Assembly: GCA_965263355.1 (NCBI GenBank)
Contig: CBDHHL010000032.1
Location: forward strand, 2,368,001 to 2,432,000
Origin: Leptolyngbyaceae cyanobacterium
GTDB lineage: Bacteria > Cyanobacteriota > Cyanobacteriia > Phormidesmidales > Phormidesmidaceae
DNA: 64,000 nucleotides
Direction of reading: 5' to 3'
Position 1 is the first letter of the stretch; every line of letters begins with the position of its first letter. Below the pieces are notes generated by a model. The model did no database searches. It saw nothing but the letters and a program-made list of their open reading frames with translations, and was not told the DNA's origin. The translations under genes were made by a program, and so were the position numbers. This document shows, piece by piece, positions 49,883-59,614 of the stretch.

Positions 49883-51364
49883 TTAACTAAAGCTTGAACT
49901 GGGTTCCAAATAGGTCTCCAAGATTTTCAACAGTTGTACTTTAGAAAATGGTTTTTCTAAATAGTCAGTGGCACCGGATGATTGAGCGGTTGCCTTATTT
50001 AAAGGGCTGGCATTACTGCTAATCATAATAATGGGAACATCTTTGAACAGATAGCTGCGTTTCAAAATCTGGCACAGAGAATTGCCATTAATGCTGGGCA
50101 TCGAGACATCCATCAATACCAAATCGGGTTTCATCGCACAGATTTTAGATACAGACGCCACTGGATCGATGACCGTTTTAAGGTCAAAACGCTCTGGGTC
50201 AAGATAGCTGTCAATCTGTTCTAGCATTGCCTGACTGTCGTCAATGCAAATAATTAGATATCGCGACTCAGACGGACTAGTCGCAGGGGATTTACCTAAA
50301 CTAGGGGGCTGAGCTAAATTCTGGTCGTCTAACTTATCAGACTGCGAATGCTGCCTGGTTAACCCCTGGGGAGACGATAAACGATTGTTAGTCTCTAATT
50401 TACTAATGGCGGATGGCTGTTTGTTGATCACCCCTCCATTAGTGACCGATGAAAAATTATTGGCAGACAGATTATTCGTCGATGTGGCCGAATAATTATT
50501 AGTAGGCCGCTTACGCTTGACAGATTCTGGCGTAGGTTGTTCAACCTTAGCGGGGGCCGTACTTAAACCCTTAGGCGGCAGCTTTGCCCCTGGCAACCAG
50601 GGCAAACGATCCAGAGGTTGCACGGGAGGCCACAGCTTAATAACTCGATGCTGAATATAGGGGTAGAGCAGCTTTGCCAATTTGGCCTCATCTTGTTTAA
50701 CCGATTGAGCGAGCTGACGGAGGGTAGCGCCCTGCATTAACCTTGCCAATGCTTCTAACATTGGTTGCGATAGTAATCCCTGGGGCACAGACTGATAAAT
50801 GTCGTTAGGGTTTTCGCAGTAGGGCCTTTGGAAAGGAGAGTAAATGCGATCGCAAACAGGCTGCCAGACCCGCAACCGCCCAGCAAGATACTGTAGCAAG
50901 GCAGAAATATGGGCACCATTAGCCGTCGCATGCCACAGTTCCTGGGGAATTGGATGCCAGTTCACCATAGCAGAATCTAAGCTCAAAAGAGATTCAACGG
51001 CATCCTCAGTTAACTTGACCAGGACTTTTCCAGCCTGTTGTAATGTCAATGCATTATGCTGCACCAAGGCACCCACAACCTGGCTGGTCCAGTTGAGCGC
51101 CTCTAAACCATGGGCGTCACCCTTGCGTCTATAGAGATATTGAATTAAACGCCAATATACAGGTAACGCTGTCTCATAGCCTAAACCAGGCAATACAGTG
51201 TCCAAAGTTGTTAAATACTGTAGTGAATGCGCCGCAAACACCACCTGCCCATCAACAATATCAAGGCACCATTCAACATCCTTACCTTGAATATGAACTC
51301 GGCCATTTTGAGAAGTTGCAAGCGTCTTACGTAAAAAGGAAATTATCTCAAATTGAGAGTACAT
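49883..51364 (-). CDS. PatA-family response regulator
   Basis: N-terminal PATAN-like region (IYSPFQRPY), C-terminal REC (CIDDS, DVSMP, EKPF); first gene of the taxis cluster. Confidence 0.88.
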   Translation of the reverse strand: MYSQFEIISFLRKTLATSQNGRVHIQGKDVEWCLDIVDGQVVFAAHSLQYLTTLDTVLPGLGYETALPVYWRLIQYLYRRKGDAHGLEALNWTSQVVGALVQHNALTLQQAGKVLVKLTEDAVESLLSLDSAMVNWHPIPQELWHATANGAHISALLQYLAGRLRVWQPVCDRIYSPFQRPYCENPNDIYQSVPQGLLSQPMLEALARLMQGATLRQLAQSVKQDEAKLAKLLYPYIQHRVIKLWPPVQPLDRLPWLPGAKLPPKGLSTAPAKVEQPTPESVKRKRPTNNYSATSTNNLSANNFSSVTNGGVINKQPSAISKLETNNRLSSPQGLTRQHSQSDKLDDQNLAQPPSLGKSPATSPSESRYLIICIDDSQAMLEQIDSYLDPERFDLKTVIDPVASVSKICAMKPDLVLMDVSMPSINGNSLCQILKRSYLFKDVPIIMISSNASPLNKATAQSSGATDYLEKPFSKVQLLKILETYLEPSSSFS

Positions 51365-52330
51365 AGCATTCCTAGGCTTTGATAAACATTCCGATGATAG
51401 GTTCACCTTGAGCCTTCCTCAATGAGAATACGTTCAACTGTTATTCAAAAATTTGCTTGGGTTTTAATGCTGTCACATGTTTGCCTAAGCGTCCCCGGCG
51501 CTTACTATTAACTGACACCTCAGGGCTTAACGAAACAGAATAAATACGTAGACTGCTTTGTTATTGTTTTCCCATCCTTATTCTTAGCAATACAATTTTT
51601 TCCGACAAATTCTTGTCTTAATCTAAAGACAAGATATTATCTAGAAAATATTAATACGTTAAGACCCATGATCAACAATTTGAGGACAGTCCAAAATGCT
51701 AATCAAACCAGGCTTTTAAGCAGTCAAAACCAGATCTTGATTAAGCAAAAAGATATTAGCCGTTGCTGATTTAGAGGATGAACCATTTTGCAAGAATGCT
51801 GTAGACCATCATTCCCTAGAAAAGTTCATGGTTTGGATCAGCCACGCCATAAATTAAATACATAAACTCTTCTCCCTGCAAAGAAGAAGAACCATAGTTA
51901 GTTAAATTTCACTGACAACTTTTCTAAACTCACACAAAGCTGAACGATCCCTCGACAATGGTATGCACACCCAGCAATCTCATGTAAAACACACTTGACC
52001 TAAAATCTATCGTTTCTTCTAAGGTAGAACAAATACTTTAGATATAGAACTGTCCAACAGTGAGACTAGCTAAATAGGATTGGAGTTGAGTAGATATGCA
52101 CCAAGCTTGATAAGCTCTGACAAACTTTCACATTTGCTATATCTAGTTTAAAGAATCAATTGAAAAGTCATATATTGCTCGGCTCAAGAATTCTAAAGAC
52201 AGGATTAATTTTTTATAAACAATCCCCCCATTGGATACCCGTATGTAATGCGTATATCACGCAAATACAGCGTTTCCCGGTTGAGATGGATACAGCCTAG
52301 TTATGTAGGCTACCGAGGTCATACCAGTGA

Positions 52331-52351
52331 TCGAAAATCGAAAATCGAAAA
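52331..52351. repeat. Heptamer tandem repeat (TCGAAAA)x3, STRR-like
   Basis: tcgaaaatcgaaaatcgaaaa. Confidence 0.7.
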
Positions 52352-52447
52352 TTGCGTTTATGGCTGTTCTACCCCGGTAGGGACATTGCATGAATGGCCC
52401 CTACCGTAGGTTGCGCCGTAGCCCTTACAGCGGAGAGCAAAGTGTAT

Positions 52448-54352
52448 TCAAGGCGTAGGAGCAGCGTCATAGTCCTGCAAATACTGTTCAAATGCTTGAT
52501 TTAGCTGCGTTGTTTCTCCTAACCAATAGGCCGTTAGCGCATGGCCAAAGGCCCAGGCATTTTGCTCGGGTGAAGCGTCATTGTTCAGCAGCGTTGGCCA
52601 TAGCACCGCCAAATCAAAGGAACTATTATCCTTTGCTAGCAGGTTAAACAGGTCATAGGCCAGTTGGAGCTTGCCAATGACTACCGGGGCCTGCTCCACC
52701 GGAATTTTTTCGATTAATACCGTCGCTAACAGGTCTGAGCCCGTCATCATGCGGGAGATATAGCGCAAAATTGGGCTTTTAAGCAGTTCGGTTACCCCCT
52801 GGGTGGTGGTCATTTGAAAGCTATATTGGTCAATTAGTTTAGCTGCCGCTGTGGCCAGGGCCGATTGATTGGTCAAAAATCGAGCCAGTCGATATTGTTT
52901 GGCGTTACCTAGGGTTTCGACTAACTTGAGGGCCAGGGCATCATCATTCCAGGCGGTGCGATCGCGATCATAGGTAACCAAGGGCATCACAGTCTCAGCC
53001 GACTGGTCCAGGGTTTCGACTCGATAGGCAACAGCGTCTCGGATAGAGACTTCCTTTGGACGCTGACCAGTTTGCCAATCATAGGGCGGTTGCCATTCTC
53101 GCACCGGGCGTAGTCGATCCACCTGGGTGACCACCACCACCGTCGGCGGCGGTTGCACCGTCGCTTTGAGGTCATGCAAAAAGGTCTTATCACTTTGTAG
53201 GGCTGGGTCCAGGGCCGGTGTCGCCAGTACCAACAGGTCTGCCTGGGCAGCCTGATCCAGCACCAACTCCCGAAAATCTCCCCGTTCAATTTGTTCATAG
53301 CCAGGGGAATCGATCAGAGTCAAGCTTTCGCCCGTATCCAGTTGCCAGCTATATTGCTGCAGTTTGTCCGTACTGGGCAACACATCCACCGCCGCCAAAT
53401 CCGTCTTAAACAGCGTATTGATCAGACTACTTTTACCCGCCCCCGTCCGGCCTACCAACATCAAAGAAATCGGCGTTTGTTCAACGGTTTCGGTTGGGGT
53501 AGCCTGGGCTAAAATCGATTGCAGCGTGGCTGTTTTAGCCCCGTTATCTAACACCTTTGACTGCTCTGCTGCAAAAATCGCTGGCAGGTTATCGCCACCA
53601 TAGAGCGCTACTGTCTGCTGAGCCAGGTTGCGCAGCGCCATTTCCCGTAGCAGCTGACTGAGGTTGACCAGCAGTTGCTGATTTGCCTGGGTAGAACTTT
53701 TTTGACTAGCGGCCTTGGCTGCCGCCGCCGCTGGATTAAGCAACCATTGGGCCCAGTTCCAAACCCGCCATAGCTTACCCATAGAGGGTTCCAACTTGCG
53801 ATAAATTTCATAGGCTTCGTAGGCCTGCCCCACGGTCACCTGATTGAGCACCGGAGCAAGTTGGGTCATAGCCCGATCCATATCATCCACCGTCCCTCGG
53901 ATTAGTCCATAGGCCTGAGTGACATATATATTGAGCAAGGGATACTTAACGTCGGGATGGTAATGGTGAGCCACCGTTGCCACCACAGTTTGACATCGCT
54001 GCCAAAAGGCAGGCCAATCGTCCCAGACCGGTGGATCCTCGCGGGCTGCTGTCAAAATTGGCTGTAGCGCGGCTTCTAGTACTTGATTATTGGCCCCGTC
54101 AGCTGTCACAGTCGTTAACTCTGCCCGTACAGCCTGAACGATGCGCTCAATCTCGCGGGGTTTTGTCCAATGCACCAGCAGCCACCGCCAGCCCACAAAT
54201 ATAAGTAAAATGACCGCCCAAATCCAGGTCAACCCCCAGGTATGTAGCTGAAGTCCAGCCAAAATCATGACAAAAACGACAACCATTATTAGCGGCAGCA
54301 CCAGCACTATCCACTGCCATCGTTTTAGCTGCACCATCGTCGTTTGCCCCAT
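52448..54352 (-). CDS. Membrane-anchored P-loop GTPase (Era/YcjF-like)
   Basis: Two N-terminal TMs; GRTGAGKSS, DSPG, TQVD. Confidence 0.85.
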   Translation of the reverse strand: MGQTTMVQLKRWQWIVLVLPLIMVVVFVMILAGLQLHTWGLTWIWAVILLIFVGWRWLLVHWTKPREIERIVQAVRAELTTVTADGANNQVLEAALQPILTAAREDPPVWDDWPAFWQRCQTVVATVAHHYHPDVKYPLLNIYVTQAYGLIRGTVDDMDRAMTQLAPVLNQVTVGQAYEAYEIYRKLEPSMGKLWRVWNWAQWLLNPAAAAAKAASQKSSTQANQQLLVNLSQLLREMALRNLAQQTVALYGGDNLPAIFAAEQSKVLDNGAKTATLQSILAQATPTETVEQTPISLMLVGRTGAGKSSLINTLFKTDLAAVDVLPSTDKLQQYSWQLDTGESLTLIDSPGYEQIERGDFRELVLDQAAQADLLVLATPALDPALQSDKTFLHDLKATVQPPPTVVVVTQVDRLRPVREWQPPYDWQTGQRPKEVSIRDAVAYRVETLDQSAETVMPLVTYDRDRTAWNDDALALKLVETLGNAKQYRLARFLTNQSALATAAAKLIDQYSFQMTTTQGVTELLKSPILRYISRMMTGSDLLATVLIEKIPVEQAPVVIGKLQLAYDLFNLLAKDNSSFDLAVLWPTLLNNDASPEQNAWAFGHALTAYWLGETTQLNQAFEQYLQDYDAAPTP

Positions 54353-54671
54353 CACGTTTCCCAATTTAAGTATGGTCTTAAAGCCGAAAAAGGGGAAACA
54401 GCTACAATGGACGCTCTTGTCATTCAATGATCTCATTTTGGCTTGAACAGTTCTCTCCTGAAACGCTACGTTAAGAAGAGACTCTGTATGATGAGAGACC
54501 GGCTGCTAGGACACTAAACGCTTTTTCTGGAAGGGCTTGGGGAATTTCTAAGTCACCGAAGATAAGTGCGATCGCATACTTCTCAATCAAAAATTGTTGT
54601 GTTTTCTAGTCTACTGCCACTATAGACAGTGGCGGGACGCCGGAACGATTATGGCTTCTCTGCATTAGACA

Positions 54672-56450
54672 CTAAAAAAAGGAGTACTGTAGCGTGAAAT
54701 AGAGACCGTTTTCTTGCAAAGAATCGCGATCATCTGCTTCAGAAATCAATGGAATCCCCCAGTCCAGACGAGCCGTCAGATCCCGCTGACGCAACAACAG
54801 GCCCACACCAACACTCGCCAACGGGTCAGGAGCATCAGCATCAATGTTCCAGCCATAACCCGCATCCAAAAACGGAGTAATTTGAAGAAGCCGACCATTT
54901 TCGCGATCGCGCCACACCGGCAAACGCACCTCCGCCGCCGCCAATACCCCACTATCAGTCGACAAAAAATTCTGACGATAGCCCCGCACCGTAGACTGGC
55001 CACCAATACTGAGCTGTTCCAAATTCAACAAAGGCTCAGTCGCTAGCTGAGCACTGCCCCTAAGCAACAATAATGTATCCGGCCTTAACACACGTACCCA
55101 TTGCGCCTGCCCCTGCCACGAAAAAAACCGACTATCCGGCACATCCCCATCATTAACAGTGGCATCCAGAAAATCAAGCCCCACATTAAACTGCGACCTC
55201 AGCGCCAACACCTGCTCAGGACTACGCCGAGTCCACTCCTGAAAAAACCTTAAAGCAGATACCTGCGTACGCCCCTCATCATCGGCCCCCAACGACAGCG
55301 GCGTAGGCCCAATATTATCAATCCCCAGAGACGTTTGAGACCGTTGATGGGACGCCGTTAAGCCAATGGCAATTTCCTCCGTTGGCGTCAAGTGCAGCGG
55401 ATGCCTTAGGGTCAGCTCATAAAAATCAGAATCAGAATCAATATCCAGAACATCAAACGGCTCCTCGATGACATCATTGTCCGATTGATTCACCGCCAAC
55501 TTGAGCGTACTACCATGGGGACTGAGCGGTATCGTATAGTCAGCATCAAAACCATTACTACCGCTGGTTAGGGTATAGCCAATACTTAGACTATCCCCCA
55601 GCCCCGTTAAATTCGCTTCAGTGGCGCTCAATTGATGGCGCACAGTACCCACACTAGGAGAGCGGTTATTATCCAAGATATAGGTCATCCCAAAGCTATC
55701 TGCCTCAACCACATCAACAACCAGACGATTCATTCCCGGTTGAGGACTGGCCTGTAAATCAGCCGAAATAGTTGTCACCAGCGGGTCAAGCTGCAGCAGT
55801 TGTAATCGCTCCACCAGATCATTCACATTTAACGGCGCTGTAGCACCCAACGCAATACGGCTACTGATATACCCTGGCTTTAGACGACGGGTACCCGTCA
55901 CCACAATTTCTGACACACTACCCTCAACAATCTCCATTTGCACCACCCCCTCAATGATTTGCTGAGGTGGCACAATCGCTCCCGATGTAGCATAGCCATT
56001 ATCTATGTATAACTGGGTTACCGCTGAGCGTGCTGCAGCAATATCCGCAAAGGTTCGAGACTCTCCCGTAAACTCAGCTGTCAATGCCTGTAAGGTTTCA
56101 TCATCAAAGGCAGTATTTTTGATAAATTCAAACCGTTGAATCACAAATGTAGCATCATCCGTCGGCAGATCAGGCTGACCCGGCAGATCTGCAGGCGGGC
56201 CTAACAGTTCATCAGCCGGGGGTAATTCTTCCAGAGGCCGGGGCTCAGGTAGCGGCTCAGGCTGAGGAATAACAGTATCTTGAGACGGGGGTAATTCGAC
56301 AGGAAGCGCCTGCGCCCTGACCACCCCTGCATTACTTAACCATAGAAAGCAAAAAATACTGACCGGACCAATCAACCAGCGGCTTAATACTTCTTTACCC
56401 GTATCATTCGCTTGTTGAGCCTGCAAACAGCATGATTGATACACGTTCAC
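54672..56450 (-). CDS. ShlB/FhaC/HecB (TpsB) secretion/activation outer-membrane protein
   Basis: POTRA-like YIDNGYATSGA, GGQSTVRGY, C-terminal aromatic GLYFTLQYSFF. Confidence 0.92.
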   Translation of the reverse strand: MNVYQSCCLQAQQANDTGKEVLSRWLIGPVSIFCFLWLSNAGVVRAQALPVELPPSQDTVIPQPEPLPEPRPLEELPPADELLGPPADLPGQPDLPTDDATFVIQRFEFIKNTAFDDETLQALTAEFTGESRTFADIAAARSAVTQLYIDNGYATSGAIVPPQQIIEGVVQMEIVEGSVSEIVVTGTRRLKPGYISSRIALGATAPLNVNDLVERLQLLQLDPLVTTISADLQASPQPGMNRLVVDVVEADSFGMTYILDNNRSPSVGTVRHQLSATEANLTGLGDSLSIGYTLTSGSNGFDADYTIPLSPHGSTLKLAVNQSDNDVIEEPFDVLDIDSDSDFYELTLRHPLHLTPTEEIAIGLTASHQRSQTSLGIDNIGPTPLSLGADDEGRTQVSALRFFQEWTRRSPEQVLALRSQFNVGLDFLDATVNDGDVPDSRFFSWQGQAQWVRVLRPDTLLLLRGSAQLATEPLLNLEQLSIGGQSTVRGYRQNFLSTDSGVLAAAEVRLPVWRDRENGRLLQITPFLDAGYGWNIDADAPDPLASVGVGLLLRQRDLTARLDWGIPLISEADDRDSLQENGLYFTLQYSFF

Positions 56451-56741
56451 TCCCTATTGCTCTCAAGGACTAGACAACCCCTCATAAATCCAGGGATATC
56501 CATTATCAGGTCCTTTAGCCTCAGAATAGGGGTGTCTGTTAGTAAAATACAAAAAAAAGAGATATTTTTTGATGGAATGATAAATATCAAAGGGTTCAAC
56601 CGGAAAAGCCTGAAACGTTCCGCTTTATTAAGTTTTGGTCTAGCTACACTTTTTGAAGCAAAGACTATATCGGTCGAAGGCTCCCCTAGCCCCCCAATTC
56701 TGAGGGCATAGATAACTGGTAACTTCTTTACCAGAAATGGC

Positions 56742-56782
56742 CTTAGTGCCCTCTTAATCTTTTGATAACCCTTCTTTAAATA
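56742..56782 (+). promoter_or_regulatory. Pho (SphR) box upstream of phoX
   Basis: 11-nt periodic octamers CTTAGTGC, CTTAATCT, GATAACCC, TTTAAATA resembling PyTTAAPyPy(T/A). Confidence 0.6.
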
Positions 56783-56975
56783 TCAAAAGGGATAAGTTTT
56801 AGGCTAGTGTCTCCTTGGTCAAAATATAGTATTTTAGGGGTTTTCACGCACTAAATACCCAAATTGGTACCAGAGAGACCATGACAAGTACTCCCCGTTA
56901 ACGTTGTGGGTTTTCTATGGAAAATTACAGCGCTGAATGGGGTCAGAGTCAATTTACGTTTGAGAGAGGGGCGTA

Positions 56976-59204
56976 ATGAGTTTAAATCGCAGACATTTTT
57001 TGGTGTTTCTAGGGGCCAGTGCAGGGGCCGTTGTCCTCGGCCCAGTGGGTCAATCGAACTCCGGGCAATCAGGATTAAAATTCTCCATGCCATTTCAAAC
57101 AGGGGCCGCTAAGGCTGCTGGCCATGCCAATCCCCTGAGTTTTGATCCGATCCAATTGCCAATTCCCTTAGAGGTAAATGGCATTGCCCCATCAAACCAG
57201 GCTGCGGCCTATGGCACCTTTGCCGTACAGGATGACATTGTTGTTCCCGAAGGCTTTACCTACGATGTAATTGCGGCCTGGGGTGACAAAGTAGGGGATT
57301 CTCGCTTTGGTTACAACAATGATTATCTTTCTTTTGTTGAGACCGCCCCTAATGAGGGATTCCTGACGGTTAACTTTGAGTATGTCAGTGGCGACACCTG
57401 GATGGAAACCTATGCCCAGGTGATCGGGAGCACGCTGCCATTTGACGATGTTAAAGCTGCCCTAAGCGATGCTGATGGGGAAACAGATGCCTTTTCAATG
57501 GCAGATGGCGATCCGTTAAAGCAAAAGATTACTGCGATCGCAAAAGAGGCCCTCACCGATCTGGGTATGGGGGTGATCTCAGTTAAGCGTAATGACGACG
57601 GGCAATGGGTTCGCACCTTCTCCAGTGCCGACCGCCGCATCACAGGCCTATCGGGTCTGGATACCCCGTCTCGCCTGCTCAAGGCAACAGGTCCTGCCAC
57701 GGTTATCTTTAAAAAGCCCAACAAGATGGGCTATGACGACGGCTATGGCGACAAGATTGTCGGTACTTTCCAAAACTGTGCGGGCGGTACGACTCCCTGG
57801 GGCACTGTCTTTAGCGCCGAAGAGAATTTCCAAAGCCAGGTGCCTGAACCGGTAATGGCCGATGGCTCTGCGATGGATCCGTCCACCCGTCCCTTCTCCA
57901 TTGCGGTGGATATGGACGGCAGCGGCAGCGTCATGGGGTTTGCGGGCAATAAGTATGGCTGGATGGTGGAGGTGGATCCCGCCAATCCTAATGATTATGG
58001 GACTAAGCACACCTGGCTAGGCCGGTATCGCCATGAGGCGGTCGGGTTCCACGCAGTAGCGGGCAAAAAGCTGGCGGTATATTCGGGGTGCGATCGCAGA
58101 GGCGGTCACCTCTATAAGTTTGTCAGCCAGGGCACCGTTCTCGATCCCACGGCCAAGGTTAACTCCAGACTACTAAGTGACGGCATGCTCTACGGTGCCA
58201 AGTTTAATGCCGACGGTACCGGTAAGTGGATTGCCCTCAAACCAGACACCCCAGTGGATCCCGTGCTACCCAGCACCGTGTTTGGCAAAAAAGGTGTCGG
58301 CATGATCAAACTACCGAACCCAAACCGGGAAGTGGGCGGTGTGATCAAGGTGACTAACGACATTATCGCCAAGGCCTTTGCCTCAAAATTCAACACCCTG
58401 GGGGATTTCTACAAGGGGAGTACCACCGAGAAGCAAGGGGCGATTCTAATTGACGCCCACTACGCCGCCAATGCCGCCGGAGTAACCACCACCGCCCGTC
58501 CCGAGGATACTATCGTCGGCCCCGACGGCACCCTCTTTATTGCCTTTACCTCAGGTACTCCCGGTGGCGACGGGGGTCCCGACAAGGAAGTGTTTGTTGG
58601 CCCTAACGGTGAAGCCCCCTACGAGTTTGGCTGGATTATCAAACTCCAGGAAACCGGCAACGACCCCGCTGCCATGACCTTCAAATGGTCTAAGTTTGCC
58701 CTGGGCGGTGAGCCAGCCGATGGGGGTATGGGTTTCGCTAACCCCGATAACATCGAGCTAGATCAGGCCGGTAATGTGTGGATGGTGACCGATATGTCCA
58801 CCAGTAAGCACAATCAGGCCGTTCCCAGTCGGATGAAGGATGGAGAGCCCGTCAGTCTGGGTGATTTGCGCGGTGTGTTTGGCAATAACTCAGTCTGGTT
58901 TATTCCCACCTCAGGTGCCGATGCGGGTAATGCCTATCCCTTTGGCATCGGTCCCATGGAGAGTGAGTGTACCGGACCTTACTTGACCAACGATGAAGAA
59001 AGCCTCTTCTTAGCCGTACAACATCCCGGTGAGAAAAATGGTGTGCGCAAGGATGGGGCCTCTGAAGTTCGTGATTTTGCTATGAAAACCACCACAGGTG
59101 AAGAATTCATGCAAAAACGGACGGTGCCCATTGGATCTAACTGGCCCGGCAAAGGATTAAATGATCCGGCCAAACCTGCCGTGGTTGTGGTTCGACGAAA
59201 GTAG
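56976..59204 (+). CDS. phoX: PhoX-family alkaline phosphatase (Tat-exported)
   Basis: NRRHFL Tat motif; FGYNNDY, NCAGGTTPWGT...EENF, GRYRHE, RPED, NPDN, VQHPGE. Confidence 0.93.
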   Translation: MSLNRRHFLVFLGASAGAVVLGPVGQSNSGQSGLKFSMPFQTGAAKAAGHANPLSFDPIQLPIPLEVNGIAPSNQAAAYGTFAVQDDIVVPEGFTYDVIAAWGDKVGDSRFGYNNDYLSFVETAPNEGFLTVNFEYVSGDTWMETYAQVIGSTLPFDDVKAALSDADGETDAFSMADGDPLKQKITAIAKEALTDLGMGVISVKRNDDGQWVRTFSSADRRITGLSGLDTPSRLLKATGPATVIFKKPNKMGYDDGYGDKIVGTFQNCAGGTTPWGTVFSAEENFQSQVPEPVMADGSAMDPSTRPFSIAVDMDGSGSVMGFAGNKYGWMVEVDPANPNDYGTKHTWLGRYRHEAVGFHAVAGKKLAVYSGCDRRGGHLYKFVSQGTVLDPTAKVNSRLLSDGMLYGAKFNADGTGKWIALKPDTPVDPVLPSTVFGKKGVGMIKLPNPNREVGGVIKVTNDIIAKAFASKFNTLGDFYKGSTTEKQGAILIDAHYAANAAGVTTTARPEDTIVGPDGTLFIAFTSGTPGGDGGPDKEVFVGPNGEAPYEFGWIIKLQETGNDPAAMTFKWSKFALGGEPADGGMGFANPDNIELDQAGNVWMVTDMSTSKHNQAVPSRMKDGEPVSLGDLRGVFGNNSVWFIPTSGADAGNAYPFGIGPMESECTGPYLTNDEESLFLAVQHPGEKNGVRKDGASEVRDFAMKTTTGEEFMQKRTVPIGSNWPGKGLNDPAKPAVVVVRRK

Positions 59205-59266
59205 AAACGTGACCACAGGAGTGTTTTGGCCACGAATACCCATGGTCAAAACTCTTCTAGCATTTA

Positions 59267-59410
59267 CACGACTTGGAAGGTTACGAGCAGAGAAAAATAA
59301 AAGCCTTTATTTTCAATGGTTCTGAAAAATCGAAATCATCAGATTTTTGCTATCGCTGAACGTGGTTGCGCCGTTTCAAATTTTCTTTCGTGATAACCTT
59401 CCAAGTCGTG
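59267..59410. mobile_element. 144-bp MITE with 17-bp perfect TIRs and 6-bp target duplication
   Basis: CACGACTTGGAAGGTTA ... TAACCTTCCAAGTCGTG flanked by CATTTA at 59261-59266 and 59411-59416. Confidence 0.85.
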
Positions 59411-59614
59411 CATTTACCCTTTCTGAAGGGCCTGCTAGCGAATTCAATATTTCTACATGTCGATGTACGAAATAATTTGTCAGCAGGCCCTTTCTGCAAG
59501 ATAAGACTTCCCGGTAGGCGACTGGAACAGCAATGATCAAACCTACGTCTAGGTGGGTAGGCTAGCTCCATCGCTTTACTCGCGATTATTTTTTCAAGGG
59601 CCCCTGTCTATTCC

